This document shows positions 58,597 through 64,000 of a stretch of 64,000 nt of DNA, piece by piece (positions within the stretch are counted from its first letter, which is position 1; each line of letters starts with the position of its first letter). The notes beneath the pieces were generated by a model. It saw nothing but the letters and a program-made list of their open reading frames with translations, did not search any database and was not told the origin of the DNA. Origin of the DNA: Bacteroidota bacterium (GTDB taxonomy: Bacteria > Bacteroidota > Bacteroidia > AKYH767-A > OLB10); assembly GCA_025352785.1 (NCBI GenBank), contig JANXSD010000149.1, positions 14,582 to 78,581 on the forward strand. Direction: 5' to 3'. Made by a program: the position numbers and the translations under genes.

Positions 58597-59541
58597 ATGC
58601 ATAAGAAAATTAAGTTTATTGAAGTGAAGTCGGAAATTGGTGCAGGCACGCGGGGAGCTAGTTTAGGTCCAGATGCAATTAAGGTTGCAGCTTTAGATTA
58701 TGGAAGTACATTGTTCCATAAAATCAGCTCTGTAGAGATTCCAGTTGAAAATAACTTGCTCTTCGAACCACAAGGAAGCCCTTATGCTAAGCGTCTCCGA
58801 GGTATTCTTAATGTATATGAAAAGCTTGTTAAAACCGTAGGCGATACATTAAAAGCAAAGGAGTTTCCTATCGTTTTAGCTGGTGATCATAGCTCTGCCG
58901 GAGGTACTATCGCTGGTATTAAAGCCGCATTTCCGAAGAATAGATTAGGTGTAATCTGGATTGATGCACATGCTGATTTACATTCCCCTTATACTAGCCC
59001 GACTGGGAATGTTCATGGTATGCCGTTGGCTGCTTCTTTGGGTGAAGATAACAGTACAAGTAGGATGAATAAACCTGATAAGGATACTGCGGATTTATGG
59101 AATAAACTCAAAAAAGTAGGAGGGATTACTCCCAAAATCAATTATTCCGACCTAGTATACATTGCAGTTAGAGATGTTGAACCAGAAGAAACATACCTCA
59201 TCAAGAAAAATAAAATCAAATGTTTCACTACCAACGACGTTCGTAGAGATGGAGTGGAGAAGATCGCTCGTGATGCTTTAGCTTATCTCAATAACTGTCA
59301 GATGATCTATGTTTCGTTTGATGTAGACAGTATGGATTCATCTATTTCTAAAGGTACTGGAACTCCAGTTAGAAATGGAATTACAGAAAAGGAAGCAGGA
59401 TCGTTATGTGTACGATTGATACAAAATGAGAAAGTTTGTTGCTTTGAAATTGCGGAAGTAAATCCAACGCTTGATAAAGAAAATCTAATGGCAGAAAATA
59501 CATTCGAAATTCTTCAGCGCGTTGTTTCTCAGATAGCTTAA
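58597..59541 (+). CDS. rocF: Arginase
   Basis: GDHS, WIDAHADLH, SPTGNVHGMP, SFDVDSMD, GTGTPV and EVNP Mn-binding motifs. Confidence 0.92.
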   Translation: MHKKIKFIEVKSEIGAGTRGASLGPDAIKVAALDYGSTLFHKISSVEIPVENNLLFEPQGSPYAKRLRGILNVYEKLVKTVGDTLKAKEFPIVLAGDHSSAGGTIAGIKAAFPKNRLGVIWIDAHADLHSPYTSPTGNVHGMPLAASLGEDNSTSRMNKPDKDTADLWNKLKKVGGITPKINYSDLVYIAVRDVEPEETYLIKKNKIKCFTTNDVRRDGVEKIARDALAYLNNCQMIYVSFDVDSMDSSISKGTGTPVRNGITEKEAGSLCVRLIQNEKVCCFEIAEVNPTLDKENLMAENTFEILQRVVSQIA

Positions 59542-59580
59542 TTTTTATTGAACTAAACTAATTAGTATTGTTAATTAAAT

Positions 59581-61389
59581 ATGTTATTTGAACTCGAATT
59601 ACGTGCGGCAACCGAAAAGGCCATGCAAGAATTATATGATATCACGGTGAGTCCAGATGATATTGCAATTAACGAAACACGCAAAGATTTCGAAGGGGAT
59701 CTAACAGTTGTAGTTTTTAATCTTGCAAAATTAACGCGACAAAGTCCGGATGCTTTAGGAAAAAATGTGGGTGACTGGTTGCAAGAACATTGTGGTGAAG
59801 TGTTAAGCTATAATGTGGTGAAAGGATTTTTAAACGTCGTTGTTAAAACTGAAGCGTGGCAAAATGTTTACTCGGAAGCCTCGTTAGATAAAACTTTGGG
59901 ACGTGTAAGCATTAATGCAAATGTATCCAAACACCCAGTTTTAGTTGAATACAGTTCTCCTAATACCAATAAGCCATTACATCTTGGACATGTAAGAAAT
60001 AATTTTTTAGGATATGCTATTGCAGAAATATTAAATGCTACAGGAAACCCCGTAAGAAAAGTAAATCTTATCAATGATCGTGGTATTCACATTTGTAAAT
60101 CGATGTTGGCATGGATGAAAAATGGAAATGGGGAAACTCCAGAATCAACTGGAATAAAAGGTGATCATTTGGTAGGTAAATATTATGTTGAGTTTGATAA
60201 ATTGTACAAGGCTGAAATTGTTCAGTTAATGGAAAGTGGAATAGCTGAAGATGTTGCAAAAAAAACTGCTCCTTCCATTATTGAAGCACAAGATTTACTT
60301 TTAAAATGGGAGTCGCATGATGCGGCGACAGTTCAGTTATGGGAAACCATGAATAGTTGGGTTTATAAAGGTTTTGATGCGACCTATAAAATGATGGGTG
60401 TTAGTTTTGATAAATTTTATTACGAATCAGAAACCTATTTATTAGGGAAAGGAATTGTTTTAGAAGGTTTAGAAAAAAGTGTTTTTTATAAAAAGGAGGA
60501 TGGTTCTGTTTGGATTGATCTAACAGAAGAAGGATTGGATCAAAAATTATTGATTCGTGCGGATGGTACCAGTGTTTATATCACACAAGATTTAGGTACT
60601 GCAAAAATGCGGTATGAAGAAACTAAATTCACAAAACTTATTTATGTTGTAGGGAATGAGCAGGAGTATCATTTTAAGGTACTTCGTGCCATTATGAAAC
60701 GATTAGGATACGATTGGTGGAACGAATTGCAACATCTTTCTTATGCAATGGTGGATCTTCCTTCAGGAAAAATGAAATCCCGCGAAGGCACAGTTGTGGA
60801 TGCAGATGATTTAATGCAAGAGATGATTGATGATGCGAAAAAAATTACTCAGGAATTGGGTAAGATTGATGATTTCGAAAGTGAAGAGGCAAACGCATTG
60901 TATCACATGATAGGCATGGGAGCACTTAAATATTTTATCTTAAAAATTGATCCTGAAAAAAGGATGATGTTTAATCCTGCAGATTCGATCGATTTCAATG
61001 GTAATACAGGTCCATTTATTCAATATACCTATGCTCGAATTCGTTCGGTGATTCGAAAAGGTGTACAATATAAAAACCTTACAGGATACGAATCATTCAA
61101 TACTGTAACTTACAAAAGTATTAATAGGAAGGAAAAGGATTTGATGAAAATCATTTTAGATTATCCTTTTCAGTTAGGTGATGCAGCTGAAAAATTATCA
61201 CCAGCTATCATTGCAAATTATGTGTACGAACTTGCTAAAGCTTTTAATCAATTTTATCATGAAAATGCAATTGTTGACGAATCACAAACAGATACTTCCA
61301 TGTTTCGAATGCATTTAAGTAATCAATGTGCAAGAATAATAAAAATGGCATTTGCTTTATTGGGAATTCAAGTTCCTGAAAGAATGTAA
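59581..61389 (+). CDS. argS: Arginine--tRNA ligase
   Basis: EYSSPNTNKPLHLGH, KMKSREG and GPFIQYTYAR motifs; C-terminal PERM. Confidence 0.97.
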   Translation: MLFELELRAATEKAMQELYDITVSPDDIAINETRKDFEGDLTVVVFNLAKLTRQSPDALGKNVGDWLQEHCGEVLSYNVVKGFLNVVVKTEAWQNVYSEASLDKTLGRVSINANVSKHPVLVEYSSPNTNKPLHLGHVRNNFLGYAIAEILNATGNPVRKVNLINDRGIHICKSMLAWMKNGNGETPESTGIKGDHLVGKYYVEFDKLYKAEIVQLMESGIAEDVAKKTAPSIIEAQDLLLKWESHDAATVQLWETMNSWVYKGFDATYKMMGVSFDKFYYESETYLLGKGIVLEGLEKSVFYKKEDGSVWIDLTEEGLDQKLLIRADGTSVYITQDLGTAKMRYEETKFTKLIYVVGNEQEYHFKVLRAIMKRLGYDWWNELQHLSYAMVDLPSGKMKSREGTVVDADDLMQEMIDDAKKITQELGKIDDFESEEANALYHMIGMGALKYFILKIDPEKRMMFNPADSIDFNGNTGPFIQYTYARIRSVIRKGVQYKNLTGYESFNTVTYKSINRKEKDLMKIILDYPFQLGDAAEKLSPAIIANYVYELAKAFNQFYHENAIVDESQTDTSMFRMHLSNQCARIIKMAFALLGIQVPERM

Positions 61390-61394
61390 TCCAG

Positions 61395-62000
61395 ATGAAA
61401 CGCATCTTCCCGGCACTTTTAATGTCAGTAATAATTTTTAATGCTGGAATTTTATTAGCGATTAAATCTCGTCCGGTTGCTTCTGTAAGTATACCAATAA
61501 CATCTTTAAAGAATGGGGATCTTATTCTACGAAATGGAAAGGGAATTGTAAGCCATTGGTTTAGAGGAATGTCATTACAGGATCAACAATTTTCACATGC
61601 AGGATTAATAAATATAGAAGATAATACTGTTTTTGTTCTACATGCTTATCAAGAGTCAAATCCTTCTGGATTAATTAAAGAAACACTCGATCAATTTATA
61701 AATCCTGATCTTTGTGATAAATTTGCGATCTATCGTTATGAGTTGAATACTCATCAACGAAATATTGTTCATGGGAATATGTTAAAAGATTTGAATAGCA
61801 AAATTCCTTTTGATGATACCTTTGAATTATATAATGGGAAAGAAGTTTATTGTACGGAATGGATTCATGATTGTTTGAATAAATCGATGAACGATTCTAA
61901 TTATATTCCAAAAACCATCGTGAAAGATTTTAGTTACATTTCTCCTGATAATTTGTATTTAAATTCGCATGCTCACAAACTTCTACAAAAACAATATTAA
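61395..62000 (+). CDS. YiiX/YebB-like permuted NlpC/P60 cysteine hydrolase
   Basis: GDLILR, FSHAG (His), FDDTF, YCTE (Cys) and ISPDNLY motifs; N-terminal signal or anchor. Confidence 0.85.
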   Translation: MKRIFPALLMSVIIFNAGILLAIKSRPVASVSIPITSLKNGDLILRNGKGIVSHWFRGMSLQDQQFSHAGLINIEDNTVFVLHAYQESNPSGLIKETLDQFINPDLCDKFAIYRYELNTHQRNIVHGNMLKDLNSKIPFDDTFELYNGKEVYCTEWIHDCLNKSMNDSNYIPKTIVKDFSYISPDNLYLNSHAHKLLQKQY

Positions 62001-62004
62001 AAGT

Positions 62005-62460
62005 ATGAAAAAGCATTTCGTTATTTATTTGGGTGTCTTGATATCCTTGTTGGTATCATGTACTAAGGAAGAAGCACCACGTCCAGTTGCTGAAAAGTTT
62101 CTTAATGCCATGCAAAAAAGAGATTATGCTGAGGCCTCAAAATACGGAACTAAAGAAACTTTAAAATTGCTAAAGCAATTAGAACGCATTGAGAAATTAA
62201 ATGAATCTGATTTAACTGAAAAGTCAGGTAAGATAAATATTGTTTCAGAAGATATTCAAGGAACTGTTGCAACCGTTTACTTTACAGAAGAAGGAAATGA
62301 ACTCCAGCAAAAAATCACTTTAAAGAAAGTTTCTCCAAATGAAGATGCAGAAGGAGAGAAAGAGTGGAAGGTGGCATTGAAGAAAGAGGAGATGCAACTA
62401 AATAAACAGCCAAGAACGAAATTCCTAAACGACTCATTGCCAGGAAAAATCTCAGCATAA
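62005..62460 (+). CDS. DUF4878-like lipoprotein
   Basis: MKKHF...LVSC lipobox (ATG 62005); P..VAEKFL.AM...DYAEA; ATV.F; L.K...EWKV. Confidence 0.75.
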   Translation: MKKHFVIYLGVLISLLVSCTKEEAPRPVAEKFLNAMQKRDYAEASKYGTKETLKLLKQLERIEKLNESDLTEKSGKINIVSEDIQGTVATVYFTEEGNELQQKITLKKVSPNEDAEGEKEWKVALKKEEMQLNKQPRTKFLNDSLPGKISA

Positions 62461-62495
62461 TTTTATTATTTTCTTATAATTTAATACCTTTAATT

Positions 62496-62993
62496 ATGAA
62501 TTATCCAATCAACGAATTTTCAAACGACTCAAGAATTTGGGTATTTACTTCTTCATCATTAATTGATAATGAAATTGCGAAATTATTATTGGAGGATACT
62601 GCTTATTTTTTAGATAATTGGCTTGCACATCAACAAATATTAAAAGCTGCAACAATATTATTGCACCAACAATTTTTGATTATTGCTGTTGATGAAAATC
62701 AAACTGGAGCAAGTGGATGCTCAATAGATAAATTGCATCAATTTATTCAGTTGGAAGAAAAGAAATTGAATATAAAATTGTTTGATAGAATGAGAGTGGT
62801 TTATAAAGCAGGTGCTGAAATAAAAAATATATCTATTTCTGAATTGCAGCAATTAATTAAATCTGACGAAATATTTGGCAATACAATTGTCTTTAATCCA
62901 TTGGTAGAATCTCTTTCGTCATTGAATTCTAATTTCGAAGTTGCTTTACAGGATACATGGTTAAATCGTTATCTTGTAAATCAACCTTCATGA
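62496..62993 (+). CDS. Conserved hypothetical Bacteroidota protein (SGCSID family)
   Basis: SRIWVF, WLAH, VDE, ASGCSID, FDR and TW motifs; no Walker motifs. Confidence 0.8.
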   Translation: MNYPINEFSNDSRIWVFTSSSLIDNEIAKLLLEDTAYFLDNWLAHQQILKAATILLHQQFLIIAVDENQTGASGCSIDKLHQFIQLEEKKLNIKLFDRMRVVYKAGAEIKNISISELQQLIKSDEIFGNTIVFNPLVESLSSLNSNFEVALQDTWLNRYLVNQPS

Positions 62994-63118
62994 AAGTCCG
63001 AAAATGGCTTTTCAATATTTTTAAATTAATTTGTGCTTTGGCGCTTATTTATTTTCTTTTTATGCTTCTCATTCATTCTCTTATTTCGCATTTCGAACAT
63101 CCTATTAAGCCAGAGTGA
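62990..63118 (+). CDS. Candidate 42-aa single-TM small protein
   Basis: MKVRKWLFNIFKLICALALIYFLFMLLIHSLISHFEHPIKPE; its ATG overlaps the upstream TGA (ATGA). Confidence 0.5.
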   Translation: MKVRKWLFNIFKLICALALIYFLFMLLIHSLISHFEHPIKPE

Positions 63119-63244
63119 AAACATTTCAATCTCTTAGGACAAGTTGACAATCATGAATCTTATTTGCCATGAAGCCTTCTGCTTAATGGTTCAAGACTTT
63201 TTTTCTATGAAGCATACATACATTAGTAATTTTAACAACACGAA

Positions 63245-63973
63245 TCACTTTGACGAATGTCGTTTTTTAGAACGCAAATTTAACAACTCTACAGAAAGAG
63301 AAAATGCCATTGCAAAATAAATATATCCCTTTGGAACATCATAGTGGAATGCTTCAACAGTTAACATGAATCCAATCATCAATAAAAATGCAAGTGCTAA
63401 CATTTTAATGGTAGGATGATTATTTACAAAATCAGAAACAGATTTGGCGGCGGCTAACATCACCAACATGGAAATGATTACTGCTGCAATCATAATCGAC
63501 ACATGATTTACTAATCCAACAGCAGTTAAAATTGAATCAAAGGAGAATACAATATCAAGACCTATGATTTGCAATATTGCTATATTTAAGGAAAGCTTCT
63601 TTGTACTTGTTTCTTTTGTTCCTTCTTCACCTTCAATTTTTGAATGAATCTCTGAGGTGCTTTTAGCCATCAAAAATAAACCTCCAGCAAGTAATACAAT
63701 ATCTCTTCCGCTAAAGCCATGATCCATAATTGTAAACAGGTTTTCCTTCAAACCAACAACCCAGCTAATCCCAAAGAGCAACAAAATGCGTATGAATAAA
63801 GCGAGTGTTAGCCCAATTTTCCGAGCTCTAACTTGTTTATTTGCTGGTAATTTTCCAGCTATAATTGATATGAAAATTATGTTATCAATTCCTAATACAA
63901 TTTCCATTACCACAAGTGTAAATAGACTTATAAATCCTGAAACAGTAAATATTATTGAAATTTCTTCCCACAT
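63245..63973 (-). CDS. TerC family membrane protein
   Basis: MEIVLGIDNIIFISI, DIVFSFDSILTAVG and PKGYIYFAMAFS motifs. Confidence 0.93.
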   Translation of the reverse strand: MWEEISIIFTVSGFISLFTLVVMEIVLGIDNIIFISIIAGKLPANKQVRARKIGLTLALFIRILLLFGISWVVGLKENLFTIMDHGFSGRDIVLLAGGLFLMAKSTSEIHSKIEGEEGTKETSTKKLSLNIAILQIIGLDIVFSFDSILTAVGLVNHVSIMIAAVIISMLVMLAAAKSVSDFVNNHPTIKMLALAFLLMIGFMLTVEAFHYDVPKGYIYFAMAFSLSVELLNLRSKKRHSSK

Positions 63974-64000
63974 TGTTCTAAGGTATATTAAAATTCTTGC

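Noticed and set aside
2770-60259. Many 60-116 aa ORFs nested in or antisense to long genes (e.g. 2770, 3066, 5453, 7741, 9650, 16303, 28337, 30706, 37197, 50602, 56718, 59868)
   Set aside because: They overlap well-supported conserved genes and show no recognisable motifs or independent signals.
62496-62993. ABC transporter ATPase (a label often propagated to this family)
   Set aside because: No Walker A, Walker B or LSGGQ signature in 165 aa.
63245-64000. Tellurite-resistance (ter) island or yybP-ykoY riboswitch
   Set aside because: Only a single TerC-family gene is present; its upstream region lies outside the window and cannot be assessed.

Overview
AT-rich core-chromosome segment of a Bacteroidota bacterium. 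The lineage call rests on TAnnTTTG '-7' promoters, T9SS-type secreted proteins and a Bacteroidota-type SRP RNA. The window is gene-dense (about 55 CDS) and mostly housekeeping: etfAB, pdhB, split transketolase, transaldolase, a MutS2-like ATPase, gmhA/gmhB with glycosyltransferases, ffs, ClC, miaA, cca, lpxD, wzx/wzz/ligase-like genes, rnhB, LOG, queA, hslR, corA, priA, a TonB-dependent receptor, speA, arginase, argS and terC. I see no rRNA, tRNA, CRISPR array, prophage, transposase or recognisable defence island, so I cannot claim a clearly new multi-gene system. Three items are missing from the ORF track: a partial BNR-repeat gene (1-1745, minus), the SRP RNA (19531-19628) and a 42-aa membrane sORF with an ATGA overlap (62990-63118). 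The best leads are a Uma2-like gene next to an 11-unit heptamer array, a secreted VWA gene inside the split transketolase, a heptose/glycosylation operon near tkt and tal, an Smr-less MutS2, a His-motif membrane protein, miaA directly behind a terminator, apparently leaderless genes and an arginine-partitioning locus. All family assignments come from motif recognition by eye, not from database searches.
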